A stretch of DNA of 64,000 nt from the NCBI RefSeq assembly GCF_009914755.1, contig NC_060938.1; one strand, given 5' to 3'. Each line of letters starts with the position of its first letter. Position 1 is the stretch's first letter. Positions 24,228-38,800 of the stretch are shown here, one piece after another. The notes beneath the pieces were generated by a model. It did no database searches. It saw nothing but the letters and a program-made list of their open reading frames with translations, and was not told the origin of the DNA. Source of the DNA: the human T2T-CHM13v2.0 reference genome, Homo sapiens. The position numbers and the translations under genes were made by a program.

Positions 24228-27200
24228 CCATTTCATTCCATTCCATTCCATTCCATTCCATTCCATTGCATTCCTTTCCATTCTATTCCATTCCATTCCA
24301 TTCCATTTGTGTTGATTCCATTCCATTCCACTCCATTCCAATCCATTACATTCCACCAGGGTTGAATCCATTCCTTTCCATTCCAATCCATTCTATTCCT
24401 TTGCAATCCATTCCATTCCATTCAATTTCACTTGGATTCAATCTATTCTTTCCATTCCATTCCATTCGGTTCCATTCCATTCCATTGCATTAGATACCAT
24501 TCCATTCCACTCGGGATGATTCCATTCAATTCCATTATATTCCGTTCAATTCCATTGCATTCCATTCCATTCCATTCCACTCGGGTGGATTCCATTCCAT
24601 TCCATTCCACTCGGGTGGATTCCATCCGATTCCATTCCATTCCAATCCATTCCATTCCATTCCACTCTGGTTGATTCCATTCCGTTCCTTCATTCAATTC
24701 CATTCCATTCCATTCCATTCCATTCCAATCCTTTCCATTCCACTCCACTCTGGTTGATTCCATTCCATTCCATTCCATTCCATTCCATTCCATTCCATTC
24801 CATTCCATTCCATTCCACTCGGTTTGATTCGATTCCATTCCATTCCATTTTATTCCATTCCATTCTGTTCCATTCCATTCCATTCCATACCATTCCACTC
24901 GGGTTGATTCCATACCATTCCATTCCATTCCACTCGGGTTGATTCTTTTCCATTCCATTCCATTCCATTCCATTCGATTCCACTCCATTCCATTCCATTC
25001 CATTCCACTCCATTCCAATCCATTCCATTCCACTCGGGTTGATTCCATTCCATTCCATTCCATTTTAGTCCATTCCACTCGGGTTGATTCCATTCCATTC
25101 CATTCCATTCCATTCCACTTGGGTTGATTCCATTCCGTTCCTTTCCATTGCATTCCATTCCATTCCATTCCATTCCATTCCGTTCCATTCCATTCGTGTG
25201 GATGCCATTCCAATCCATACCATTCCATTCCATTCCATTCCATTCCGTCCCATTCTTTTCGTGTTGATTCCATTCCATTCCATTCCACTCGGGTGGAATC
25301 CATTCCATTCCATTCCATTCCAATCCATTCCATTCCATTCCACTCTGGTTGATTCCATACCGTTCCTTTCCATTCCATTCCATTCCATTCTATTCCATTC
25401 CATTCCATTCCAATCCATTCCATTCCACTCCACTCTGGTTGATTCCATTCCATTCCATTCCATTCCATTCCATTCCATTCCATTCCATTCCATTCCATTC
25501 CTCTCAGGTTGATTCCATTCCATTGCATTCCATTTTATTCCATTCCATTCCGTTCCATTCCATTCCATTCCATACCATTCCTCTCGGGTTGATTCCATAC
25601 CATTCCATTCCATTCCACTCGGGTTGATTCTTTTCCATTCCATTCCATTCCATTCCATTCCATTCCATTCCATTCCATTCCACTCCATTCCATTCCATTC
25701 CATTCCATTCCACTCCATTCCATTCCATTCCATTCCACTCCATTCCAATCTATTCCATTCCACTCGGGTTTATTCCATTCCATTCCATTCCATTTTAGTC
25801 CACTCCACTTTGGTTGCTTCCATTCCATTCCATTCCATTCCATTCCATTCCATTCCATTCCATTCCATTCCATTGCATTCCATTCGTGTTGATTCCATTG
25901 CATTCCATTCATCTCACTCCATTCCATTCCATTTCATTCCATTCCAGTTGATTCCATTCCTTTCCATTCCATTCCATTCCATTCCATTCCGTTCCATTCT
26001 ACTCGGGTTGATTCCTTTCCATTCCATTTCATTCCATTCGATTTCATTCCACTGGTGTTTATTCCATTCCACTCCATTCTATTCCATTCCATTCGGGTTT
26101 ATTCCATTTCATTCCATTCCTTTCCATTCCATTGCATTCCATTCCTTTCCATTCTATTCCATTCCATTCCATTCCATTTGTGTTGCTTCCATTCCATTCC
26201 ATTCCATTCCATTCCATTCCACTCCATTCCAATACATTGCATTCCACTCGGGTTGAATCCTTTCCATTCCATTCCAATGCATTCCCTTCCATTCAATTCC
26301 ACACGGATTCAATCAATTCCATTCTATTCCATTCCATTTCATTCCATTCCGTTGCATTCCATTCGTGTTGATTCCATTGCATTCCATTCCATTCCACTCC
26401 ATTCCATTCCATTTCATTCCATTCCAGTTTTTTCCATTCCTTTCCATTACATTCCGTTCCATTCTACTCGGGTTGATTCCATTCCATTCCATTTCATTAA
26501 ATTCGATTTCATTCCACTGGTGTTTATTCCATTCCACTCCATTCCATTCCATTCCATTCGGGTTTATTCCATTTCATTCCATTCCATTCCATTCCATTGC
26601 ATTCCATTCCTTTCCATTCTATTCCATTCCATTCCATTCCATTTGTGTTGATTCCATTCCATTCCATTCCATTCCATTCCACTCCATTCCAATCCATTAC
26701 ATTCCACTCGGGTTGAATCCTTTCCATTCCATTCCAATGCATTCCCTTCCATTCAATTCCACTCCGATTCAATCAATTCCATTCTATTCCATTCCGTTCT
26801 GTTCCACTCCATTCCATTGCATTCCATACCATTCCATTCCACTCGGGTTGATTCCATTGAATTCCATACCATTCCATTCCAATCCATTCTATTGCATTCC
26901 ATTTCATTCCATTCCACTCGTGTTGATTCCCTTCCATTGCATTCCATTCCATTCCACTTGGGTTGATTCCATTCCTTTCCTTTCCATTGCATTCCATTCC
27001 ATTCCATTCCATTCCATTCCGTTCCATTCCATTCGTGTTGATGCCATTCCAATCCATACCATTCCATTCCATTCCATTCCATTCCGTTCCATTCTTTTCG
27101 TTTTGATTCCATTCCATTCTATTCCACTCCATTCCAATCCATTACATTCCACTTGGGTTGAATCCATTCCTTTCCATTCCAATCCATTCCATTCCTTTCC

Positions 27201-27990
27201 AATCCATTCCATTCCATTCAATTCCATTTGGATTCAATCTATTCTTTCCATTCCATTCCATTCTGTTCCATTCCATTCCATTGCATTAGATACCATTCCA
27301 TTCCACTCGGGATGATTCCATTCAATTCCATTTTATTCCGTTCAATTCCATTGCATTCCATTCCATTCCATTTCACTCGGGTGGATTCCATTCCATTGCA
27401 TTCCATTCCATTCCATTCCATTCCATTCCACTCTGGTTGATTCCATTCCGTTCCTTTCCATTCCATTCCATTCCAATCCATTCAATTGCACTCCACTCCG
27501 GTTGATTCCATTCCATTCCATTCCATTCCACTCGGGTTGATTCCATTCCATTCCATTCCATTCCATTCGATTCCATTCCATTCCATTCCACTCCATTCCA
27601 TTCCATTCCATTCCACTCCATTCCATTCCACTCCATTCCATTCCATTCCATTCCACTCCATTCCAATCCATTCCATTCCACTCGGGTTGATTGCATTCCA
27701 TTCAATTCCATTCCATTCCGTACCACTCAGGTTGATTCCTTTCCATTCCATTCCATTTTATTCCACTCCACTCGGGTTGATTCCATTCCATTCCATTCCA
27801 TTCCATTCCATTCCATTCTATTCCATTCCATTCCATTCCACTCCACTCCGGTTGATCCCATTCCATTCCATTGCATTCCATTCCATTGCATTCCATTCCA
27901 TTCCATTCCATTCCATTCCACTCGGGTTGATTCCTTTCCATTCCATTCCATTCCATTCCATTCCATTCCATTCCATTGCATTCCACTCCA
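24228..27990 (+). repeat. Dispersed paralog 2 of the ~3.7 kb family-B segment (partner 8660-12365)
   Basis: Same private markers as the partner; identical ORFs at 11604/27228, 11615/27239 and 9370/24939. Confidence 0.88.
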
Positions 27991-28599
27991 TTCCATTCCA
28001 TTCTATTCCATTCCATTGCATTCCACTCCATTCCATTCCATTCCATTCCACTCCATTCCAATCCATTCCATTCCACTCGGGTTGATTCTATTCCATTCCA
28101 TTCCATTCCATTCCATTCCATTCCATTCCATTCCATTCCATTACTTTCCCCACAGGTTGATTCCTTTCCATTCCATTCCATTTTATTCCACTCCACTCGG
28201 GTTGATTCGATTCCATTCCATTCCATTCCATTCCATTCCATTCCATTGCATTCCATTCGTGTTGATTCCATTGCATTCCATTCCATTCCACTCCATTCCA
28301 TTCCATTTCCTTCCATTACAGTTGATTCCATTCCTTTCCATTCCATTCCATTCCATTCCATTCCATTCCATTCCGTTCCATTCTACTCGGGTTGAATCCA
28401 TTCAATTCCATTTCATTCTATTTGATTTCATTCCACTGGTGTTTATTCCATTCCACTCCATTCCATTCATTTCCATTCCATTCGGGTTTATTCCATTTCA
28501 TTCCTTCCATTCCATTCCATTGCATTCCATTCCTTTCAATTCTATTCCATTCCATTCCATTCCATTTGTGTTGATTCCATTCCTTTCCATTCCATTCCA

Positions 28600-29440
28600 T
28601 TCCGCTCCATTGCAATCCATTACATTCCACTCATGTTGAATCCTTTCCATTCCATTCCAATGCATTCCCTTCCATTGAATTCCACTCGGATACAATCAAT
28701 TCCATTCTATTCCATTCCGTTCTGTTCCACTGCATTCCATTGCATTCCATACCATTCCATTCCTCTCGGGTTGATTCCATTGAATTCCATCCCATTCCTT
28801 TCCATTCCATTCTATTGCATTCCATTCCATTCCATTCCAATCGTGTTGATTCCCTTCCATTCCATTCCATTCCATTCCACTTTTGTTGATTCCATGCCGT
28901 TCCTTTCCATTGCATTCCATTCCATTCCATTCCGTTCCATTCCATTCGTGTTGATGCCATTCCAATCCATACCAGTTCATTCCATTTCATTCCATTCCGT
29001 TCCATTCCTTTCGTGTTGATTAAATTCCATTCCATTCCGCTCCATTGCAATCCATTACATTCCACTCGTGTTGAATCCTTTCCATTCCATTCCAATGCAT
29101 TCCCTTCCATTGAATTCCACTCGGATACAATCATTTCCATTCTATTCCATTCCGTTCTGTTCCACTCCATTCCATTGCATTCCATACCATTCCATTCCTC
29201 TCGGGTTGATTCCATTGAATTCCATCCCATTCCTTTCCATTCCATTCTATTGCATTCCATTCCATTGCATTCCACTTTTGTTGATTCCATTCCGTTCCTT
29301 TCCATTGCATTCCATTCCATTCCATTCCATTCCGTTCCATTCCATTCGTGTTGATGCCATTCCAATCCATACCATTCCATTCCATTTCATTCCATTCCGT
29401 TCCATCCCTTTCGTGTTGATTAAATTCCATTCCATTCCTC
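28600..29440 (+). repeat. Local ~435 bp tandem duplication
   Basis: tccgctccattgcaatcc at 28601 and 29036; ORFs at 28633/29068 and 28696/29131 (offset 435); tgattaaatt at 29017/29417 (the second copy is ~35 bp shorter). Confidence 0.85.
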
Positions 29441-32400
29441 TCCATTCCAATCCATTACATTCCACTTGGACTGAATCCATTCCTTTCCATTCCAATCCAT
29501 TCCATTCTTTTCCAATCCATTCCATTTCATTCAATTCCACATGGACTCAATCTATTCTTTCCATTCCATTCCGTTCTGTTCCATTCCAGTCCATTGCATT
29601 AGATACCAATCCATTCCACTTGTGATGATTCCATTCAATTCCATTATATTCGTATCAAATCCATTGAATTCCATTCCATTCCATTCCACTCGGGTGGATT
29701 CCATTCCATTCCATTCCACTCGGGTGGAATCCATTCCATTCCATTCCATTCGAATCCATTCCATTCCATTCCACTCTCGATGATTCCATTCCGTTCCATT
29801 CCATTCCATTCCATTCCATTCCATTCGATTCCAATCCATTCCATTCTATTCCATTCCTTTCCAATCCATTCCATTCCACTCCACTCTGGTTGATTCCATT
29901 CCATTCCATTCCATTCCATTCCACTCCATTCCAATCCATTACATTCCACTTGGGTTGAATCCATTCCTTTCCATTCCAATCCATTCCATTCCTTTCCAAT
30001 CCATTCCTTTTCATTCAATTCCACATGGACTCAATCTATTCTTTCCATTCCATTCCGTTCTGTTCCATTCCAGTCCATTGCATTAGATACCAATCCATTC
30101 CACTTGTGGTGATTCCATTCAATTCCATTATATTCCGTTCAATTCCATTGAATTCCATTCCATTCCATTCCACTCAGGTGGATTCCATTCCATTCCAATC
30201 CACTCGGGTGGAATCCATTCCATTCCATTCCATTCCAATCCCTTCCATTCCATTCCACTCTGGTTGATTCCATTCCGTTCCTTTCCATTCCATTCCATTC
30301 CATTCCATTCCATTCCATTCCATTCCATTCCATTCCATTCCATTCGATTCCAATCCATTCCATTCCATTCCATTCCATTCCATTCCATTCCAATCCATTC
30401 CAATCCATTCCATTCCATTCCATTCCATCCCATTCCATTCCATTCCCCTCTATTGCAATCCATTACATTCCACTCGTGTTGAATCCTTTCCATTCCATTC
30501 CAATGCATTCCCTTCCATTCAATTCCACTCGGATACAATGAATTCCATTCTATTCCATTCCGTTCTGTTCCACTCCATTCCATTGCATTCCATACCATTC
30601 CGTTCCTCTCGGGTTGATTCCATTGAATTCCATCCCATTCCATTCCCTTCCATTCTATTGCATTCCATTCCATTCCATTCCATTCCACTCGTGTTGATTC
30701 CCTTCCATTCCATTCCATTCCATTCCACTTTTGTTGATTCCATTCCGTTCCTTTCCATTGCATTCCATTCCATTCCATTCCATTCCGTTCCATTCCATTC
30801 GTGTTGATGCCATTCCAATCCATACCATTCCATTCCATTTCATTCCATTCCGTTCCATTCCTTTCGTGTTGATTAAATTCCATTCCATTCCACTCCATTC
30901 CAATCCATTACATTCCACTTGGACTGAATCCATTCCTTTCTATTCCAATCCATTCCATTCCTTTCCAATCCATTCCATTTCATTCAATTCCACATGGACT
31001 CTATCTATTCTTTCCATTCCATTCCGTTCTGTTCCATTCCAGTCCATTGCATTAGATACCAATCCATTCCACTTGTGATGATTCCATTCAATTCCATTAT
31101 ATTCCGTTCAATTCCATTGAATTCCATTCCATTCCATTCCACTCGGGTGGATTCCATTCCATTCCAATCCACTCGGGTGGAATCCATTCCATTCCATTCC
31201 ATTCCAATCCATTGCATTCCATTCCACTCTGGTTGATTCCATTCCGTTCCTTTCCATTCCATTCCATTCCATTCCATTCCAATCCATTCCATTCCATTCC
31301 ATTCCATTCCATTCGATTCCAATCCATTCCATTCCATTCCATTCCATTCCATTCCAATCCATTCCATTCCACTCCACTCTGGTTGATTCCATTCCATTCC
31401 ATTCCATTCCATTCCATTCCATTCCATTCCATTCCACTCAGGTTGATTCCATTCCATTCCATTCCATTTTATTCCATTCCATTCCGTTCCGTTCCATTCC
31501 ATTCCATACCATTCCTCTCGGGTTGATTCCATACCATTCCATTCCATTCCACTCGGGTTGATTCTTTTCCATTCCATTCCATTCCATTCCATTCCTTTCC
31601 ATTTCAGTCCATTCCATTCCATTCCATTCCACTCCATTCCAATCCATTCCATTCCACTCGGGTTTATTCCATTCCATTCCATTCCATTTTAGTCCACTCC
31701 ACTCGGGTTGCTTCCATTCCATTCCATTCCATTCTATTCCATTCCATTCCATTGCATTCCATTCGTGTTGATTCCATTGCATTCCATTCATTCCACTCCA
31801 TTCCATTCCATTTCATTCCATTCCAGTTCATTCCATTCCTTTCCATTCCATTCCATTCCTTTCCATTCCGTTCCATTCTACTCGGGTTGATTCCATTCCA
31901 TTCCATTTGATTCCATTCGATTTCATTCCAATGGTGTTTATTCCATTCCACTCCATTCATTTGCATTCCATTCGGGTTTATTCCATTTCATTCCATTCCA
32001 TTCCATTCCAATGCATTCCTTTCCTTTCAATTCTATTCCATTCCATTCCATTCTATTTGTGTTGATTCCATTCCATTCCATTCCATTCCATTCCGCTCCA
32101 TTGCAATCCATTACATTCCACTCGTGTTGAATCCTTTCCATTCCATTCCAATGCATTCCCTTCCATTCAATTCCACTCGGATACAATCAATTCCATTCTA
32201 TTCCATTTCGTTCTGTTCCACTCCATTCCATTGCATTCCATACCATTCCATTCCTCTCGGGTTGATTCCATTGAATTCCATCCCATTCCATTCCCTTCCA
32301 TTCTATTGCATTCCATTCCATTCCATTCCACTCGTGTTGATTCCCTTCCATTCCATTCCATTCCATTCCACTTTTGTTGATTCCATTCCCTTCCTTTCCA

Positions 32401-35400
32401 TTGCATTCCATTCCATTCCATTCCGTTCCATTCCATTCGTGTTGATGCCATTCCAATCCATACCATTCCATTCCATTTCATTCCATTCCGTTCCATCCCT
32501 TTCGTGTTGATTAAATTCCATTCCATTCCACTCCATTCCAATCCATTACATTCCACTTGGACTGAATCCATTCCTTTCCATTCCAATCCATTCCATTCCT
32601 TTCCAATCCATTCCATTTCATTCAATTCCACATGGACTCAATCTATTCTTTCCATTCCATTCCGTTCTGTTCCATTCCAGTCCATTGCATTAGATACCAA
32701 TCCATTCCACTTGTGATGATTCCATTCAATTCCATTATATTCGTATCAAATCCATTGAATTCCATTCCATTCCATTCCACTCGGGTGGATTCCATTCCAT
32801 TCCATTCCACTCGGGTGGAATCCATTCCATTCCATTCCATTCGAATCCATTCCATTCCATTCCACTCTCGATGATTCCATTCCGTTCCATTCCATTCCAT
32901 TCCATTCCATTCCATTCCATTCGATTCCAATCCATTCCATTCTATTCCATTCCTTTCCAATCCATTCCATTCCACTCCACTCTGGTTGATTCCATTCCAT
33001 TCCATTCCATTCCATTCCACTCCATTCCAATCCATTACATTCCACTTGGGTTGAATCCATTCCTTTCCATTCCAATCCATTCCATTCCTTTCCAATCCAT
33101 TCCTTTTCATTCAATTCCACATGGACTCAATCTATTCTTTCCATTCCATTCCGTTCTGTTCCATTCCAGTCCATTGCATTAGATACCAATCCATTCCACT
33201 TGTGGTGATTCCATTCAATTCCATTATATTCCGTTCAATTCCATTGAATTCCATTCCATTCCATTCCACTCAGGTGGATTCCATTCCATTCCAATCCACT
33301 CGGGTGGAATCCATTCCATTCCATTCCATTCCAATCCCTTCCATTCCATTCCACTCTGGTTGATTCCATTCCGTTCCTTTCCATTCCATTCCATTCCATT
33401 CCATTCCATTCCATTCCATTCCATTCGATTCCAATCCATTCCATTCCATTCCATTCCATTCCATTCCATTCCAATCCATTCCAATCCATTCCATTCCATT
33501 CCATTCCATCCCATTCCATTCCATTCCCCTCTATTGCAATCCATTACATTCCACTCGTGTTGAATCCTTTCCATTCCATTCCAATGCATTCCCTTCCATT
33601 CAATTCCACTCGGATACAATGAATTCCATTCTATTCCATTCCGTTCTGTTCCACTCCATTCCATTGCATTCCATACCATTCCATTCCTCTCGGGTTGATT
33701 CCATTGAATTCCATCCCATTCCATTCCCTTCCATTCTATTGCATTCCATTCCATTCCATTCCATTCCACTCGTGTTGATTCCCTTCCATTCCATTCCATT
33801 CCATTCCACTTTTGTTGATTCCATTCCGTTCCTTTCCATTGCATTCCATTCCATTCCATTCCATTCCGTTCCATTCCATTCGTGTTGATGCCATTCCAAT
33901 CCATACCATTCCATTCCATTTCATTCCATTCCGTTCCATTCCTTTCGTGTTGATTAAATTCCATTCCATTCCACTCCATTCCAATCCATTACATTCCACT
34001 TGGACTGAATCCATTCCTTTCTATTCCAATCCATTCCATTCCTTTCCAATCCATTCCATTTCATTCAATTCCACATGGACTCTATCTATTCTTTCCATTC
34101 CATTCCGTTCTGTTCCATTCCAGTCCATTGCATTAGATACCAATCCATTCCACTTGTGATGATTCCATTCAATTCCATTATATTCCGTTCAATTCCATTG
34201 AATTCCATTCCATTCCATTCCACTCGGGTGGATTCCATTCCATTCCAATCCACTCGGGTGGAATCCATTCCATTCCATTCCATTCCAATCCATTGCATTC
34301 CATTCCACTCTGGTTGATTCCATTCCGTTCCTTTCCATTCCATTCCATTCCATTCCATTCCAATCCATTCCATTCCATTCCATTCCATTCCATTCGATTC
34401 CAATCCATTCCATTCCATTCCATTCCATTCCATTCCAATCCATTCCATTCCACTCCACTCTGGTTGATTCCATTCCATTCCATTCCATTCCATTCCATTC
34501 CATTCCATTCCATTCCACTCAGGTTGATTCCATTCCATTCCATTCCATTTTATTCCATTCCATTCCGTTCCGTTCCATTCCATTCCATACCATTCCTCTC
34601 GGGTTGATTCCATACCATTCCATTCCATTCCACTCGGGTTGATTCTTTTCCATTCCATTCCATTCCATTCCATTCCTTTCCATTTCAGTCCATTCCATTC
34701 CATTCCATTCCACTCCATTCCAATCCATTCCATTCCACTCGGGTTTATTCCATTCCATTCCATTCCATTTTAGTCCACTCCACTCGGGTTGCTTCCATTC
34801 CATTCCATTCCATTCTATTCCATTCCATTCCATTGCATTCCATTCGTGTTGATTCCATTGCATTCCATTCATTCCACTCCATTCCATTCCATTTCATTCC
34901 ATTCCAGTTCATTCCATTCCTTTCCATTCCATTCCATTCCTTTCCATTCCGTTCCATTCTACTCGGGTTGATTCCATTCCATTCCATTTGATTCCATTCG
35001 ATTTCATTCCAATGGTGTTTATTCCATTCCACTCCATTCATTTGCATTCCATTCGGGTTTATTCCATTTCATTCCATTCCATTCCATTCCAATGCATTCC
35101 TTTCCTTTCAATTCTATTCCATTCCATTCCATTCTATTTGTGTTGATTCCATTCCATTCCATTCCATTCCATTCCGCTCCATTGCAATCCATTACATTCC
35201 ACTCGTGTTGAATCCTTTCCATTCCATTCCAATGCATTCCCTTCCATTCAATTCCACTCGGATACAATCAATTCCATTCTATTCCATTTCGTTCTGTTCC
35301 ACTCCATTCCATTGCATTCCATACCATTCCATTCCTCTCGGGTTGATTCCATTGAATTCCATCCCATTCCATTCCCTTCCATTCTATTGCATTCCATTCC

Positions 35401-35820
35401 ATTCCATTCCACTCGTGTTGATTCCCTTCCATTCCATTCCATTCCATTCCACTTTTGTTGATTCCATTCCCTTCCTTTCCATTGCATTCCATTCCATTCC
35501 ATTCCGTTCCATTCCATTCGTGTTGATGCCATTCCAATCCATACCATTCCATTCCATTTCATTCCATTCCCTTCCATCCCTTTCGTGTTGATTAAATTCC
35601 ATTCCATTCCACTCCATTCCAATCCATTACATTCCACTTGGACTGAATCCATTCCTTTCCATTCCAATCCATTCCATTCCTTTCCAATCCATTCCATTTC
35701 ATTCAATTCCACATGGACTCAATCTATTCTTTCCATTCCATTCCGTTCTGTTCCATTCCAGTCCATTGCATTAGATACCAATCCATTCCACTTGTGATGA
35801 TTCCATTCAATTCCATTATA
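29400..35820 (+). repeat. ~3.08-3.09 kb tandem duplication (two full copies plus ~250 bp overlap)
   Basis: Identical ORFs at 29541/32632, 30025/33121, 30994/34075, 31005/34086, 31438/34519, 31938/35019 and 32504/35585; offsets 3091, 3096, then a constant 3081. Private markers tcgtatcaaat (~29650/32741), cactctcgatga, cccctctattgc, ggatacaatgaa and atttcagtcc each occur twice. Confidence 0.95.
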
Positions 35821-38800
35821 TTCCGTTCAATTCCATTGAATTCCATTCCATTCCATTAAACTCGGGTGGATTCCATTCCATTCCAATCCACTCGGGTGGA
35901 ATCCATTCCATTCCATTCCAATTCCATTCGATTCCAATCCATTCCATTCCATTCCATTCCATTCCATTCCCATCCATTCCATTCCACTCCACTCTGGTTG
36001 ATTCCATTCCATTCCATTCCATTCCATTCCATTCCACTCAGGTTGATTCCATTCCATTCCATTCCATTTTATTCCATTCCATTCCGTTCCATTCCATTCC
36101 ACTCCATACCATTCCTCTCGGGTTGATTCCATACCATTCCATTCCATTCCACTTGGGTTGATTCTTTTCCATTCCATTCCATTCCATTCCATTCCATTCC
36201 ATTCCACTCCATTCCATTCCATTCCATTCCATTGCACTCCATTCCAATCCATTCCATTCCACTCGGGTTTATTCCATTCCATTCCATTCCATTTTAGTCC
36301 ACTCCACTCGGGCTGCTTCCATTCCATTCCATTCCATTCCATTCCATTCCATTCCATTCCATTCCATTGCATTCCATTCGTGTTGATTCCATTGCATTCC
36401 ATTCATTCCACTCCATTCCATTCCATTTCATTCCATTCCAGTTGATTCCATTCCTTTCCATTCCATTCCATTCCATTCCATTCCATTCCGTTCCATTCTA
36501 CTCGGGTTGATTCCATTCCATTCCATTTCATTCCATTCGATTTCATTCCACTGGTGTTTATTCCATTCCACTCCATTCTATTCCATTCCATTCGGGTTTA
36601 TTCCATTTCATTCAATTCCATTCCATTCCATTGCATTCCATTCCTTTTCATTCTATTCCATTCCATTCCATTCCATTTGTGTTGTTTCCATTCCATTCCA
36701 TTCCATTCCATTCCACTCCATTCCAATCCATTACGTTCCACTCGGGTTGAATCCTTTCCATTCCGTTCCAATGCATTCCCTTCCATTCAATTCCACACGG
36801 ATTCAATCAATTCCATTCTATTCCATTCCATTCCATTCCATTCCATTCCATTGCATTCCATTCGTGTTGATTCCATTGCATTCCATTCCATTCCACTCCA
36901 TTCCATTCCATTTCATTCCATTCTAGTTGATTCCATTCCTTTCCATTCCATTCCATTCCGTTCCATTCTGTTCCATTCTACTCGGGTTGATTCCATTCAA
37001 TTCCATTTCATTCCATTCGATTTCATTCCACTGGTGTTTATTCCATTCCACTCCATTCCATTCATTTCCATTCCATTCGGGTTTATTCCATTTCATTCCA
37101 TTCCATTCCATTCCATTGCATTCCATTCCTTTCCGTTCTATTCCATTCCATTCCATTCCATTTGTGTTGATTCCATTCCATTCCATTCCATTCCATTCCA
37201 TTCCATTCCATTCCATTCCACTCCATTCCAATCCATTACATTCCACTCGGGTTGAATCCTTTCCATTCTATTCCAATGCATTCCCTTCCATTCAATTCCA
37301 CTCGGATTCAATCAATTCCATTCTATTCCGTTCCTTTCTGTTTCACTCCATTCCATTGCATTCCATACCATTCCATTCCACTCAGGTTGATTCCATTGAA
37401 TTCCATCCCATTCCATTCCATTCCATTCTATTGCATTCCATTCCATTCGATTCCACTCGTGTTGATTACCTTCCATTCCATTCCATTCCATTCCACTTGG
37501 GTTGATTCCTTTCCATTCCATTCCATTCCATTCCATTCCATTCCATTCCATTCCATTCCATTGCATTCCAATCCATTCCATTCCATTCCATTCCATTCCA
37601 TTCCATTGCATTCCACTCCATTCCATTCCATTCCATTCCACTCCATTCCAGTCCATTCCATTCCACTCGGGTTGATGCTATTCCATTCCATTCCATTCCA
37701 TTCCATTCCATTCCATTCCATTACTTTCCCCTCAGGTTGATTCCTTTCCATTCCATGCCATTTTATTCCACTCCACTCGGGTTGATTCCATTCCATTCCA
37801 TTACGTTCCATTCCATTGCATTACATTCGTGTTGATTCCATTGCATTCCATTCCATTCCACTCCATTCCATTCCATTTCCTTCCATTCCAGTTGATTCCA
37901 TTCCTTTCCCTTCCATTCCATTCCATTCCATTCCTCTCGGGTTGATTCCATTGAATTCCATCCCATTCCATTGCATTCCATTCTACTGCGTTCCATTGCA
38001 TTCCATTCCACTCGTGTTGATTCCCTTCCATTCCATTCCATTCCACTCCACTTGGGTTGATTCCATTCCGTTGCTTTCCATTGCATTCCATTCAATTCCA
38101 TTCCATTGCATTCCATTCCGTTCCATTCCATTCGTGTTGATGCCATTCCGAACCATACCAGTCCATTCCATTTCATTCCATTCCGTTGCATTCCTTTCGT
38201 GTTGATTAAATTCCATTCCATTCCACTCCATTCCAATCCATTACATTCCACTTGGATTGAATCCATTCCTTTCCATTCCAATCCATTCCATTCCTTTCCA
38301 ATCCATTCCATTTCATTCAATTCCACATGGACTCAATCTATTCTTTCCATTCCATTCCGTTCTGTTCCATTCCAGTCCATTGCATTAGATACCAATCCAT
38401 TCCACTTGTGATGATTCCATTCAATTCCATTATATTCCGTTCAATTCCATTGAATTCCACTCCATTCCATTCCACTCGGGTGGATTCCATTCCATTCCAA
38501 TCCACTCGGGTGGAATCCATTCCATTCCATTCCATTCCAATCCATTCCATTCCATTCCACTCTGGTTGATTCCATTCCGTTCCTTTCCATTACATTCCAT
38601 TCCATTCCATTCCGTTCCATTCGATTCCAATCTATTCCATTCCATTCCATTCCATTCCATTCCATTCCATTCCATTCCAATCCATTCCATTCCACTCCAC
38701 TCTGGTTGATTCCTTTCCATTCCATTCCATTCCATTCCATTCCATTCCACTCAGGTTGATTCCATTCCATTCCATTCCATTTTATTCCATTCCATTCCGT

